Part shown: piece after piece, positions 39,234-51,114 of the stretch
Layout of the letters: every line of letters starts with the position of its first letter
Numbering within the stretch: position 1 is the first letter of the stretch
From: a bacterium
GTDB taxonomy: Bacteria > Patescibacteriota > Gracilibacteria > BD1-5 > UBA6164
Assembly: GCA_024635475.1 (NCBI GenBank)
Contig: JAGXIW010000008.1
Span: forward strand, 13,592 to 77,591
DNA: 64,000 bases
Direction of reading: 5' to 3'
Made by a program: the position numbers and the translations under genes
Notes under the pieces: model-generated
The model's database searches: none
Seen by the model: only the letters and a program-made list of their open reading frames with translations
Told to the model about the DNA's origin: nothing

Positions 39234-40085
39234 TTACTTCATTAACAATAATCATAATAATGCAACAAGACTACCAATAATTTTTCTTGATAAATCTTCC
39301 CTTTCATTCAAAAATAAGGCTCCAGCAATAAATACTATAACAACCTTAAATGTGGTAATTGCTGACACCAGACTCAAATTTCCGACAACGAAAATAAGTA
39401 CAACCCAAGATAGTGAATGTAAAAATCTCAAGACTCAAGTAATTACTATATCCTTTTTTAAGTATTGATTTTTATCATGAGTTATAAGTGTTGTAATTCC
39501 AAGAAATAGACATTGAGACCACCAAGCCATCATAGTACCAGCTGTAAATCAAGACATCTTTTGAAGAGCTCTTCCAGCAGTTAAATTAATTCCAAGTGCT
39601 ATACCTGATAAAACTATCAACATAAAATATTTATCAAATTTAAATCTTCCTATTCTGTGTTGTTTTGATACAATTACCATTCCAACAAGCAAAAGAATAG
39701 TTCAATAAATCTGTAAAGTTGTTAATTTCTCATTTAAAAATAATGTTGCAAGTACTATTGTTACTGGGGTATATATGTTATTTATTAGAGTACTAATTCC
39801 AGCTTCAACATGTTTTTGTGCTATAAAATAAGAGATGAAGTAAGTTGCTCCAGAAATACCACAAATCAAAGTTAAGATAATTAAATAAAAAATATCACCT
39901 TGAATATAAAAAGGTTCAAAAAATGGTAAAAATAAACTTAAGATTGTAATAATCAGTGTAACATAGAAAGCAAAATTTATTTGTCATTTGTTTTCACTAT
40001 TTTTTTTAGTTGCTAACCGTCTTCTTTGAATAGGAGATAATGTTGCTGCTATAAAATAGAATATGTAACTTAATAATATAATCAT
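39234..40085 (-). CDS. EamA/DMT family transporter, copy 1
   Basis: 283 aa, highly hydrophobic; LATLFLNEKLT..Q..G; LFLNEREDLSRKIIG. Confidence 0.8.
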
Positions 40086-40127
40086 TTAATTTTAAAAAAA
40101 ATAAGATAAAAAATTTAGATTTATCTT

Positions 40128-40155
40128 ATTTTAATAAATTTGGAATTATTGTCAA
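40128..40155 (-). promoter_or_regulatory. Sigma70-like promoter of EamA copy 1
   Basis: TTGACA-16 nt-TAAAAT; duplicated at 41061-41088 where the -10 reads TGAAAT. Confidence 0.5.
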
Positions 40156-40167
40156 AGAAGCTTTTTT

Positions 40168-41019
40168 TTATTTCATCAACAATAATCATAATAATGCAAC
40201 AAGACTACCAATAATTTTTCTTGATAAATCTTCTCTTTCATTCAAAAATAAGGCTCCAGCAATAAATACTATAACAACCTTAAATGTGGTAATTGCTGAT
40301 ACTAGACTCAAATTTCCAACAACGAAAATAAGTACAACCCAAGATAGAGATTGTAGAAATCTTAAGACTCAAGTTATTACTATATCCTTTTTCGAGTATT
40401 GATTTTTGTTATGAGTTATAAGTGTTATAATTCCAAGAAATAGACATTGAGACCACCAAGACATCATTGTGCCAGCTGTAAATCAAGTCATCTTTTGAAG
40501 AGCTCTTTCAGTAGTTAGTGTAATACCAAGTGCTATACCTGATAAAACTACCAACATAAAATATTTATCAAATTTAAATCTTCCTATTCTGTGTTGTTTT
40601 GATACAATTATCATTCCAATAAGTAGAAAAAATGTTCAGAGTATTTGTATAATTGTTAATTTTTCATTTAAAAATAGAGTTGCAAGTACTATTGTTATTG
40701 GTGTATAAATATTATTTACTAGAGTACTAATTCCAGCTTCAACATGTTTTTGTGCAATAAAAAATGAGATAAAATAAATTGCTCCTGAAATACCACAAAT
40801 CAAACTTAAGCTAATTAAATAAAAAACATTACCTTGTATATAAAAAGGTTGAAAAAATGGTAAAAGTAAACTTAATATTGTAACAACCAGTGTAACATGG
40901 AAAGCTAAACTTATTTGTCATTTATTTTCGCTATTTTTTTTAGTTGCTAACCGTCTTCTTTGAATAGGAGATAATGTTCCAGCAATAAAATAGAATATGT
41001 AACTTAATAATATAATCAT
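40168..41019 (-). CDS. EamA/DMT family transporter, copy 2
   Basis: Same length and closely similar DNA to copy 1. Confidence 0.8.
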
Positions 41020-41099
41020 TTAATTTTTAAAAAATAAGATAAAAAATTTAGATTTTTTTTATTTCAATAATTTTGGAATTATTGTCAAAGAAGCATTTA

Positions 41100-41519
41100 T
41101 TATTTATCCTTAAAATTACAATTTTTTTTACACAATTTTATCCAACCTAATTTTAACCATAGTACTATTTCTTCATAAGATTGTATATTTTTATCGGGTT
41201 CTTGCAAAAGTATTACTTCAAGATTTTTATTATAAATAAGATTTTGAGAAACTCCAAAACACATTTCTGCAAAAGATTCTGCACCGAGATATCAAGTAAT
41301 ACCATTTTTATTTTCATTCATAACAAAAAGAATATCTGCCTCTGTAATATTTTTGAAAAAATCTATATGTACTTTAGGATATTCATCTAAAAAGGTTTCT
41401 TTGTTTATTGGTGATGGATAATTTATAACATAATATCATTGATTTTCCCAAAAACCTTTCCAATATTGAATTTCTGTTTGAAGTGATACACTTCCGGCTA
41501 TAACAACTTTTTTTGTCAT
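41100..41519 (-). CDS. Hypothetical protein, possibly nucleoside-deoxyribosyltransferase-like fold
   Basis: VVIAGS...ITEADILFVMN...GYLGAESFAEM. Confidence 0.55.
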
Positions 41520-41570
41520 ATTATTATTTAAATTGATAAAAAATACTGCTTGAATTTTTTTAACTACAAC

Positions 41571-41960
41571 TTACTTTTTTGGCCTCAAATAAACCAATAA
41601 ACCAACATATGGTATCAACATTATCATCTCAACAACAGTTTGTATTTTTTTCCCTGGTGCACCAAGTTGAGCAAAATCTATTTTCAAGAGAAATCCAATC
41701 ATAAAAATAATTGCAATAATTCCACCAATAATAATTACATTAAGCGAGTCAATATTTTTAACGGGATCCTTGGCAATGGAAAGTAATAATAATGAAATGA
41801 CTATCGCAGACACTGCTATAATAGAATCGTGATAGGGATGATATAATGCACCATCGTAAAATGGAAAAAGTGTAAGTCCAAAAAGGTGAGCCATTGCTCC
41901 AACTAAATAATATAGAGCACCGAGAATTAATAATAACTTAAGAGTTTTGATTTTATCCAT
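41571..41960 (-). CDS. Hypothetical membrane protein
   Basis: 129 aa, about 4 hydrophobic segments, no TGA. Confidence 0.75.
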   Translation of the reverse strand: MDKIKTLKLLLILGALYYLVGAMAHLFGLTLFPFYDGALYHPYHDSIIAVSAIVISLLLLSIAKDPVKNIDSLNVIIIGGIIAIIFMIGFLLKIDFAQLGAPGKKIQTVVEMIMLIPYVGLLVYLRPKK

Positions 41961-41979
41961 ATTTTCTTTTTTTATTAAA

Positions 41980-43200
41980 TTAAACCTTTAATAATTTTGG
42001 TTCTCTGTTCCATTTTAATAATATAACTAATCCAGCAAAGATAAACACCACCATAGACAACATGGCTATACGGTAACTTGTATGTTGTATTCCAAAAACA
42101 GCTATAATTCCTCCCCAAGTTAATGGTCCAAACAATGTAGCGAATCGCTCAGCTATGGTGTAAAAAGAAAATCCATAACATAAGTCCTCTTTCTTTAATA
42201 TTTCGCTTAAATAAGCTCTGCTAACCGTTAAGGAAGAACCAAGAAATAAACCGACTAAACTTGAAAATATTGACAATGAGAGCATGTTTTTAGCTATAGC
42301 AATCAATGGGATTAAAATTATCCATCCGAGCAATATGATTTTTAATGTTTTTAAAGCTCCAATCTTGTCTGCGATCCAACCTGAAATAATTCCACCCAAT
42401 GCCGACATCAAAAGAACAGCTAGAAGTAGATAATTTTTAACATCATCGGAAACACTAAAAACTCTTTCCATATAAATTGCATAATTATTGGTTATTGTAA
42501 TCAATGCATCATTGAAGAAGAAAAATGACACCAGCATCGGAGTAGCAATGGAAATTGAAAAGAAAGCAATCATTTTTCTGAAATATTCTTTCTCTCATTC
42601 TTTTAAAATCTGAATATCAAGACGATTTTTCTTTGGTTTACTATCAACAAAATAAATCATCATTGGGAGTGATAATAATATGAATATAACCAGAGATGGA
42701 AACAATGGTTGTAATCTAGTACTAGATAATAGTAGTGCTATTAAGAGCCCAGATATCTGTCCCATGCTGTTTAAAAACTGCCCAATACCAAAAGCTCTTG
42801 CTCTATAATCCATATCAGCCACATCCTCAATTAAGGTGTTGTAAAAAACAAAAGAAAGTTGATAAAAATATTGTCCAAGTAAAAAACAAACTGTAATTAT
42901 AAAAATGTATTGCACTCCCAAATAAGCAAACATAGTAGCCAATCCATAACCTAAAAATGTTCATATGGTAGCCAAATTTAACAAATATTTTCTTCCGCCA
43001 TATTTATCAGTAAAAGAGGCTAATGTTGGGGCTGATAAAAATAGTAAAATAGATGTTATTGCAAAAATAGCATTGTACCAAAAATCTGACAAGCCACCAT
43101 CTACTACCATCCATGTTGAAAAATATAAAAGAAAATTTATAAAAATAAATGAATTTGCAAAATCATACAAAGCCCATTTAATTAAATTTTTTTTATTCAT
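41980..43200 (-). CDS. MFS transporter (UMF1/Atg22-like)
   Basis: Three track ORFs join in one frame through two TGA; WALYDFANS; GWIADKIG. Confidence 0.85.
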
Positions 43201-43201
43201 A

Positions 43202-43297
43202 CTATGAATTATAAATTGCTAAAATGCTCGCACCTCCAATTACAAGAATTAGTCCCAATACTTTTATTAATGTTAAAGATTCGCCTAGGAATAATCC
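43202..43297 (-). pseudogene. C-terminal remnant of an EamA/DMT transporter
   Basis: LFLGESLTLIKVLGLILVIGGASILAIYNS* with no in-frame start. Confidence 0.55.
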
Positions 43298-43319
43298 TAT
43301 TTATCCATACTTATAAAGC

Positions 43320-43604
43320 TTATCATTCTTTCCTTATTCTATTTTCTTTATCGTTTTTATGAGTTAATTTCAATATTAATAAAGACAGTGTGAGAGATGC
43401 TTCAATTGTAGTAAAAATCATTATGGGACGACTATTTATACCAAAACCATATATTACAAATAAAATTAGTCCTGTTAAAAGCAGGGAATTCCACAGTAAA
43501 GAAATATCTTCTGTTGATTTAGTTATCCATGATTTAATTACCTGAGGTACAAGGGCTGATGCGATGATTGCAGAACCAACAAAACCTATAATTTCAATAT
43601 CCAT
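43320..43604 (-). CDS. SemiSWEET / PQ-loop transporter
   Basis: ALVPQVIKSWITKSTEDIS; ends TGA-TAA. Confidence 0.85.
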
Positions 43605-43640
43605 AATGATTTTTAAATTAATTAATAAATTTTTTTATTT

Positions 43641-43697
43641 CACTTAACATTTGCCGATAATCCCATCGTTTTAATGTTGGATATCAACTGTTAAGTG
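43641..43697 (-). mobile_element. Integron attC site
   Basis: ACTTAAC ... GTTAAGT core sites with an imperfect internal palindrome, about 15 nt after the cupin stop. Confidence 0.65.
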
Positions 43698-43710
43698 CTG
43701 AATTAATATT

Positions 43711-44061
43711 TTATTTGTTAATCCTGATAAAGAAAAATTCGTTTTCTTCGTTTCCAGTGGCTTCAATTTTATTTTCTATCCCATCTGGAATATAGATAAG
43801 GTCATCCGGAGAATATTCGAATTTTTCTCCATCTTTAAACTCAATAAATCCCTTACCTTTAAGTACCAGAAAAAATTCATCGATATCTTCATGGGAATGC
43901 CAATCAAATATTGCTCCTGCCTTAAGATAACCTTTTGTCATAGCTTGAAATTGTTCTGACACTTCATCATTCTTTGATAAGATAAGTTGCCTTTTCCCGC
44001 TTCCTTCATGAGCTTCTTCAAGGGGGATTTGATTTAGTGATTTTTTAAAAGGTTTTCTCAT
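43711..44061 (-). CDS. Cupin domain protein (gene cassette)
   Basis: WHSHEDIDEFFLVLKGKG; LIYIP. Confidence 0.85.
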   Translation of the reverse strand: MRKPFKKSLNQIPLEEAHEGSGKRQLILSKNDEVSEQFQAMTKGYLKAGAIFDWHSHEDIDEFFLVLKGKGFIEFKDGEKFEYSPDDLIYIPDGIENKIEATGNEENEFFFIRINK

Positions 44062-44090
44062 ATAAATTTATTTAATAAAATATTAATTTT

Positions 44091-44208
44091 GCACATAACA
44101 TATCGGCATCATCTGAAGTTGCACCCATATTTATTGGCTAAAACTTCAAATTTCCATCTTCTTTAATTATATCACTAAATTTTATGAACCAGATATGCCG
44201 TGTTAGCT
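44091..44208 (-). mobile_element. Integron attC site
   Basis: Minus strand AGCTAACACGGCATATCTG ... CAGATGATGCCGATATGTTATGT: paired arms with extrahelical bases, about 20 nt after the DUF305 stop. Confidence 0.7.
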
Positions 44209-44228
44209 GATGTATTCATTTCCTTTTG

Positions 44229-44684
44229 TTATCGATTTATACGCTCTAAAATCTTATTCATTTTGTTAATTTCTTCCTGCTGTGCTTTGATAATATCTTC
44301 GCATAAATTGACCAGTTCCTGATCGGTAATATTCGCTTCCTTGCACATAGTAATGGCGGCCGAGTGATGCGGAATCATGGAATTTATAAAATTTTCGTTT
44401 CCAACAAAAGCTTGCATGCGAATAGCCAAAAAGCCAAGGATAAAAATGAGAATACTCGCGAAATAAAGGAATAGATTTCTTTTTTTATCCTGATACATAT
44501 TTCGCATGAAAACGAGCATTAGTATCACCATCGGAGCAACCATAATAACCGCCATGTAAAAGCTACGAATGCTAAAAATTTTTACATCTGCCCACACATT
44601 CACGGGAGCGAATACTAGTGCATACATAATAAAGAAATGAATACCAACAGTGAATGCGAGAGCTTTATAAGGTGTTTGTTTCAT
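44229..44684 (-). CDS. DUF305 (ferritin-like) membrane protein (gene cassette)
   Basis: MIPHHSAAITM...IIKAQQEEI. Confidence 0.85.
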   Translation of the reverse strand: MKQTPYKALAFTVGIHFFIMYALVFAPVNVWADVKIFSIRSFYMAVIMVAPMVILMLVFMRNMYQDKKRNLFLYFASILIFILGFLAIRMQAFVGNENFINSMIPHHSAAITMCKEANITDQELVNLCEDIIKAQQEEINKMNKILERINR

Positions 44685-44945
44685 AATTTATAAGGTTATA
44701 ATTAAGTATTTTTTAATGTTTTGGAAGTTATCTTGGGAAAAGAAAAGGAATATTTTAGCTAACTACTCTTTATCTGAACTTATACCTGCTTTTATTCTAA
44801 AATAGAATAATATGCGAACTAAATTTAATAAAAAGCAATTATTAATCTTATTATAATTATTATAGAAAATAATCAAAAATATTTCTTAATTACCTCTTAA
44901 TCAATATAATTAAAATAAAGATAAATAATTTCTAATTATTTTACA

Positions 44946-45608
44946 ATGAGAGTTTTAGTAATAGAAGACAATGAAATACTATCAAGAAATCTAGTTAGAT
45001 ACTTGATTTCTCGTGATATATTTGCTGAGGCTGCATTGGTTTGAGATGATTGACTCAAAAAAGCTATATCAAAGTATTATGATATAGTGATTTTGGATAT
45101 AAATTTGCCATGAATAAATTGACTTGAGATATGTAAACAAATTAGAGAAAGAGAAAAAGATGTATCTATAATTATGCTGACATCTAGATGAACAAAAGAA
45201 GATATAATAGAGTGATTAAATATATGAGCCGATGATTATCTTGTAAAACCATTTGAATACGATGAGCTTCTAGCTAGAATGAATGCAATTCTAAGAAGAA
45301 AAATGAAAAATAGTAGTAATACTCTGATAAAAATAGATAATATAGAGCTTGATTTACAAAAACTTGAAGTTACAAAAAACTGAGAAATTATACAATTATC
45401 AAAACTTGAATATGATTTGTTCAAATATCTTGCACAAAACAGATGAGTTGCACTCTCAAGAAATGAAATCTATGAAAAAGTATGGTGAGAATTTCAAGTT
45501 GATTTTATGTTTAGTAAGACAATAGATGTGTATATAGGATATCTAAGAAAAAAACTAGGAAAAGATCTAATAGAAACAAAAAAATGATTTTGATTTTTGA
45601 TTAGATAG
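44946..45608 (+). CDS. OmpR-family response regulator
   Basis: MRVLVIEDN; ILDINLPG; GADDYLVKPF; IDVYIGYLRKK. Confidence 0.9.
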
Positions 45609-45618
45609 GAAGTAAGCA

Positions 45619-45708
45619 TGTTATTCTGAATGAAATGAAGAATCCCTTAAACTTAGTTTATTGTATATACATCGCTAAAGGGATCCTTCGTAAAAACTCA
45701 GGATGACA
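45619..45708. repeat. Palindromic dispersed repeat, copy 3
   Basis: TGTTATTCTGA..GAAGAATCCCTT...AAGGGATCCTTCG..CTCAGGATGACA. Confidence 0.7.
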
Positions 45709-45765
45709 AAAATCTTTTGCTTACTTTTCTAATTCAAAAGTAAAACTAAATTAATCTTTATTCTT

Positions 45766-47031
45766 ATGAACAATAATTTAAAACAAACAAAAATAATACT
45801 TACTATTATGTTTTCTGTAATAGTTTTTTGTCTTGTGCTTTTTTTGGGACTTATTTTTTTCACTTGAAAATATTACAAAGAAGAACAACTTGAGAAAAAT
45901 GATTTCAATAATTTTATTACATTTATTGAGAATGATAGTTTTGATATAGATGATTTTGTTTATTCTTTTAATAGAATTAGGAAAAATATATTTAAAAAAT
46001 GAGTAAATATTTGAATGCCTATTATAGAAATAGAAGAAGTTAATGAAAAAAGAAAATTTAATTCACAGAACTTTATAAATTTTATATTAATTGATAGTAA
46101 TAAAAAAGTTATTGCAAGTGATATAAGAGATGAAGTACAAAGTGATTTATTTTCAGATGTGTTAACCAATGATAAATACCTTGAAATTACTAAAAAATCA
46201 GAATTTCTAATAAAAAAAATAAATATAGAAAAATCGAAAAATACTCTTATATTATTTAAAAAAATAAGATACTGTTTTGGCGATTATTTATCTGATTTAT
46301 TAGGTTTCATATTTATTAGTTTATTATTTTCTATACTTTTATATATAGTTTGATATAATTTTGTTGATAAGATTTTAAAACCAATAGAAACAAATATAAA
46401 GGATATGAAAGATTTTATACACAATGTATGACATGAATTAAAAACTCCACTTTCAGTAATTCACTCAGATATACAGCTTATAAATGATACGAAAAAATAT
46501 GACAAAGAAATGACTATGGAGTTGAAAAAAGAAGTTATAAGATTAAATTCATTGATTGATTCACTTATAAATTTAACAGATATAGATTCTAGAAAGATTT
46601 CAGAAAGTATAAATTTATTAGATTTAATAAATGAGATAATCAAGGATTTTAATAGTAAATTATCGGAAAAAAATATAGAAACAAAAATAACTATCACAAA
46701 AAGTATAATTGTAAAAGCTAACAGAGATTATTTGTATATATTTTTATCAAACTTAATTTGAAATGCTATAAAGTACAATAAACAAGATTGAAAAATAGAT
46801 ATTTCTTATAAATCAGGCGAGCTTACGATTAGAGATTCTTGAATTTGAATAGAAAAATCAGATTTACCAAAGATTTTTGATAGATTTTTTAAGTGAGACA
46901 AGTCAAGAAGTACCGAATGATTTGGTATAGGATTGTCACTTGTAAAGAAAATCGCAGATTTATATAAATGGAAAATAAAATTTGAAAGTGAAGATTGAGA
47001 TGGGACAAAAGTGAAGATAAAATATAATTAA
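45766..47031 (+). CDS. Sensor histidine kinase
   Basis: Two TMs; GHELKTPL; NLIGNAIKY; DSGIGI; GFGIGLS. Confidence 0.9.
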
Positions 47032-47037
47032 TCGGGT

Positions 47038-47865
47038 TTATTTTTTAAGTCAATTAAAACAATTTCAGTTATCTCAAAGATTTTGGGTGTATCTGATATC
47101 TCATACAAATCAATTTTCAATAAATAAAAATCATTTATGTAATAAAGAACATAATCAAGAGTTGTTGATATATAAATTTTTTTCAAATGTACCAACGATT
47201 TTTCAGCTATACAAATCTATAATTTGTCATTTTATTTGATTTTTATTAATCTGTACTGATTTATAATATCTTTGAATAAATAAATCAGAACTAGAATTTA
47301 TTATTCAGACGATAGTATTGTTTTTTAAAGTACTTATATTGTCAACATAAATGTGTATTCAAACTTTTACAAAAAATATAATTAACATATATATTGAAAT
47401 AATTTTTATAATTTTATTTCATATATTTTTAAGTACTTTTAATAAAAATATTAAAAACAACAAATAAATAGGAAAAAACATAGGTTCAATTACATATGTG
47501 TATAAATTTAATGAGTAATAAGTCTTTGATAATGGCCAAAATAAAGGAATTCCCCAGATAAGAATTGTATCAAAAAACAAATGAAGTAGAATTCAACTAA
47601 GGCATATTATAAATATTGTTTTGAATCTAATTTCTTTTTTAAAGATGTAAAAAAATAAAATCGAAAGTAAAGCTGAGATAAAAGGACTCATTAATAGAGA
47701 ATGAGTTAATACTCTGTGTAAGTTATAATTATTATAACTCCAAATTATATCTATATCAGGAAAAATAGAAGTTATTAAAAATATAGTTAATATTTTTTTT
47801 GAATTAACATCAAAAAAGTTTTTTTTGAGAAGATATCAACTAATTGTATGAGTAAAAATATCCAT
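47038..47865 (-). CDS. YdjM-like membrane metal-dependent hydrolase
   Basis: MDIFTH; FPDID; HRVLTHSL; LHLFFD..GIPLFWP. Confidence 0.8.
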
Positions 47866-47937
47866 TTATAAAAATAATTATATAAAAACAGTTTTATATA
47901 ATTATTTCATATATTGCAAAATTTGTAAAATAAAAAA

Positions 47938-48822
47938 TTATTTAAGTTATTAAGTTGCTTTATTTGTTTGTCTTGTGTATTCCAAAATTTCTTTTACTCC
48001 AATTTTTACAATTTTTCTATCAGGTGTAAAATCAATTTCTTTTGATTTTTTCTCATAATCTAAGTCATATAATATTGATTTTAATAAATTGATAAGTCAT
48101 AATTCCTCATTTTCAGTATTAATAAGAGTGAAAGGGACTCAGGCTTTATCATATATTATTGCTAATCTTCCTATTTCTCTTTTGATTTGATCGTATTTTT
48201 CTAATGCTTTTGCATCAGATTCTGAATAACGAAATTTTCTTAAAGGATCTCATTTTCTTTTATTTAGTCTCTGTTCTTGAACTTCTTTTGAAATATAAAA
48301 GAAAAAATTTTGTAGATTATATCAACCTTCTGAAAATCTACCTAATTCAGATTCCAATTTTTGCATATAATTTTTATATTGTCTTTCAGAACAGTATTTA
48401 TATATATTTTGAACTAGAGCCCTATTGTTCCATGTTCTATCAAAAACAACAGTTTTTCACTTTCATGGAAAATATTTTTCATATAATTTTGTTATCATCA
48501 TTCTTAATTCATTTTTAGTTGGAACTCATAATGATACTCTTGAAACTATATTATTATCATAAACGGTACTTGCACTAGTGATTCTTTCTGAAAATTTTGT
48601 TTTACATGAAGTATCAAATCAATCAATTCAAACAACTCTTGATTCTTTCTCAAGAATATTATGAATTATTAATTTTTTAAATTCATACACTAATCTATCA
48701 GTTTCATCTATATCATATTCATCAATTTTTGTATTTGGAATATCTTCAACAGATTTTGACATATCAATTTTTGCTTTTTCAAGCTGTTTTTTTATTGTAT
48801 CTCTTGTTATACTACTTTGCAT
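47938..48822 (-). CDS. ppk2: Polyphosphate kinase 2-like protein (divergent)
   Basis: GIDGFDTSCKT..ERIT; FDRTWNNRALV; KFFL; DPLRKFRYS. Confidence 0.6.
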
Positions 48823-48954
48823 ATATTAAATTAAATATTAATAAAGTAGATTATAGATATAATTAATTAAAAGTCAATAGAAAATAAAAAAATATTTAAT
48901 CTTTAAAAAATAAATAAATATAATTAATAAACTTAATTATTAAAAAATAAAAAT

Positions 48955-50133
48955 ATGAAAAAACTATTTACTCTAATATTAGCCATTTTTTTCTTGTTTT
49001 CTCTAAATGTAAATGCTTATTCAATAATGAATGTGTCAAATAATTCTGTAAAATACGAAAAACTATTTAAACAGAAAATAAATTTGTGAAAATTGAGTTT
49101 TATTAAATTAAAAAAACTTAGCAAACAAATAGAAGCTTTGGTAACTAATACTGAAAAAGATGAGAAAAAAAGTGATGAGAAAAAAGAAGTGTTATTATGA
49201 AAACTCATAGCATTAAACAATATAATTAATGATGAGTTGATAAAAAGAGAAGTAAATTCAAGTTTAGTTATAACAATTATAGATGACAAGAGATGTACTA
49301 ATTGTATGTCTACAGAAATAGTATCTCAATTAAAATTACTCCCATTTTTTCAGGATTTTGGTTATGTAGAAAAAGACTTTAGTGATACTTGAGTTTCTGA
49401 TTATCTAAAACAAAATGATATCAAAAAATTGCCAGTAGTAATAATTTCAACAAATAAAATAAATGATGATTGACAAATGCAACAATATCTTAAAGAATTA
49501 AAAGATAAACAATATTATTTAGAAGTATGAGCAAAATTTGATCCATTTAATAGATCATCTAAATGATATTTAGTTTTGGATAAAGAAGTTTTAAATCAAA
49601 TTAAAACAAACACATATCTAAAATGAAATAAAGATGCTAAAATATCTTGGATAGAGTATAGTGATTTAGAGTGTCCTTTTTGTGCAAAACTAGATAATAG
49701 TGATGTTCCTACAAAGATAAAAGAAAATTATGGAGATAAAGTAAATATATATTTTAATCATTTTCCTTTAGAATTCCATAAAAATGCAATGGATTGAGCT
49801 AGAATTGCTGAGTGTATAGCAGAGCAAAAATGAGCAGATGCTTATTATGGTTTAATTGAAAAATCATTTAAAGAAGAAAATTCTGATAAAGATTTTTTGA
49901 TAGAAGAAGCTGTAAAATTGGGAGCTGATAAAGATAGTTTAAATAAATGTATAACTGACAGAAAATATGATAAAAAAATAACTGAACAAAAATCATTTTG
50001 AAGCTCAACTTTTGGGATTTCGTGAACTCCTGCAAGTATTTTAATCAATAATGATACTTGAGAATATGAAGTAATATCTTGAGCTTATCCGTTTTCATCA
50101 TTTGAAATAACAATTGATAAATTATTAAAGTAA
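48955..50133 (+). CDS. DsbA-family thiol-disulfide oxidoreductase
   Basis: Signal peptide; IEYSDLECPFC; HFPL; GISGTP; second CxxC (DKRCTNC). Confidence 0.85.
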
Positions 50134-50138
50134 TATTT

Positions 50139-51110
50139 ATGCCACAAATAATTATAAAAGATCTTGAAAAAGATTTTAAGGTAGAAATAAAAAAATCGTG
50201 ATTTATTAATAGAATTAAATCAATTTTTTCTCCTGAGTATAAACAAATAAAGGCAGTTTCTTGAATAAATCTAGAAATAAAACCAGGTGAAAAAATAGCA
50301 TTTTTATGACCAAATTGAGCTGGTAAATCTACAACGATTAAGATGCTTACTTGAATATTATCAAAAACTTCTTGAGAAATAAAAGTACTTTGACTTGATC
50401 CAGAAAGAGATAGAAGTAAACTCGTTTATCAGATCTGAGCTGTATTTGGTCAGATTTCTAGGTTATGGTATCACTTAACAGCAAAAGATACTTTTTTACT
50501 TTTCTCTAAGATATTTGATATCAAAAAAGAAGATTATGAAAAAAGAATAGATTATTTGATTAAAGAATTTGAAATACAAGAATTTTTAAATACTCCTGTA
50601 AGAAAGTTATCTCTATGACAAAGAATGAGATGTGAAGTCGTTGCTAGTCTAATTCATAATCCTAAAATATTATTTTTAGATGAACCAACTATCTGACTTG
50701 ATATAATAGCAAAGCAAAAACTCAGAGATATAATAAATAAGATAAATAAAGAAGAAAATACAACTATATTTTTAACTTCTCATGATTTATGAGATATAGA
50801 GGAGATTTGTGATAGAGTTGTTATTATAAATTATTGAAAAATTATTTATGATTGAGATATAAAAGAACTTAAAAAGAAGCATATAAAAACAAAAATAATC
50901 AAAGTTAAGTTTGAAAAAACATATAATCATTTTGATTTTATTGATGATGTAAAAATTTTGAACAATACTTGAAATTATTTAGAAATGCAAATAGAGAATA
51001 AAAAAGAAAGATTGGCTTCTATATTGGAAATATTATCAAAAAATTATCCTTTTGAAGATATAACAATAACAGAACCGAGTATGGAGAATATTATAAAAAC
51101 TTTTTACTAA
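50139..51110 (+). CDS. ABC-2 exporter ATP-binding protein
   Basis: GPNGAGKST; LSLGQRMR; FLDEPTIGLD; LTSHD. Confidence 0.9.
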
Positions 51111-51114
51111 AATT

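Noticed and set aside
41980..43200. MFS gene split into three ORFs
   Set aside because: All three pieces are in one frame, separated only by TGA (Gly).
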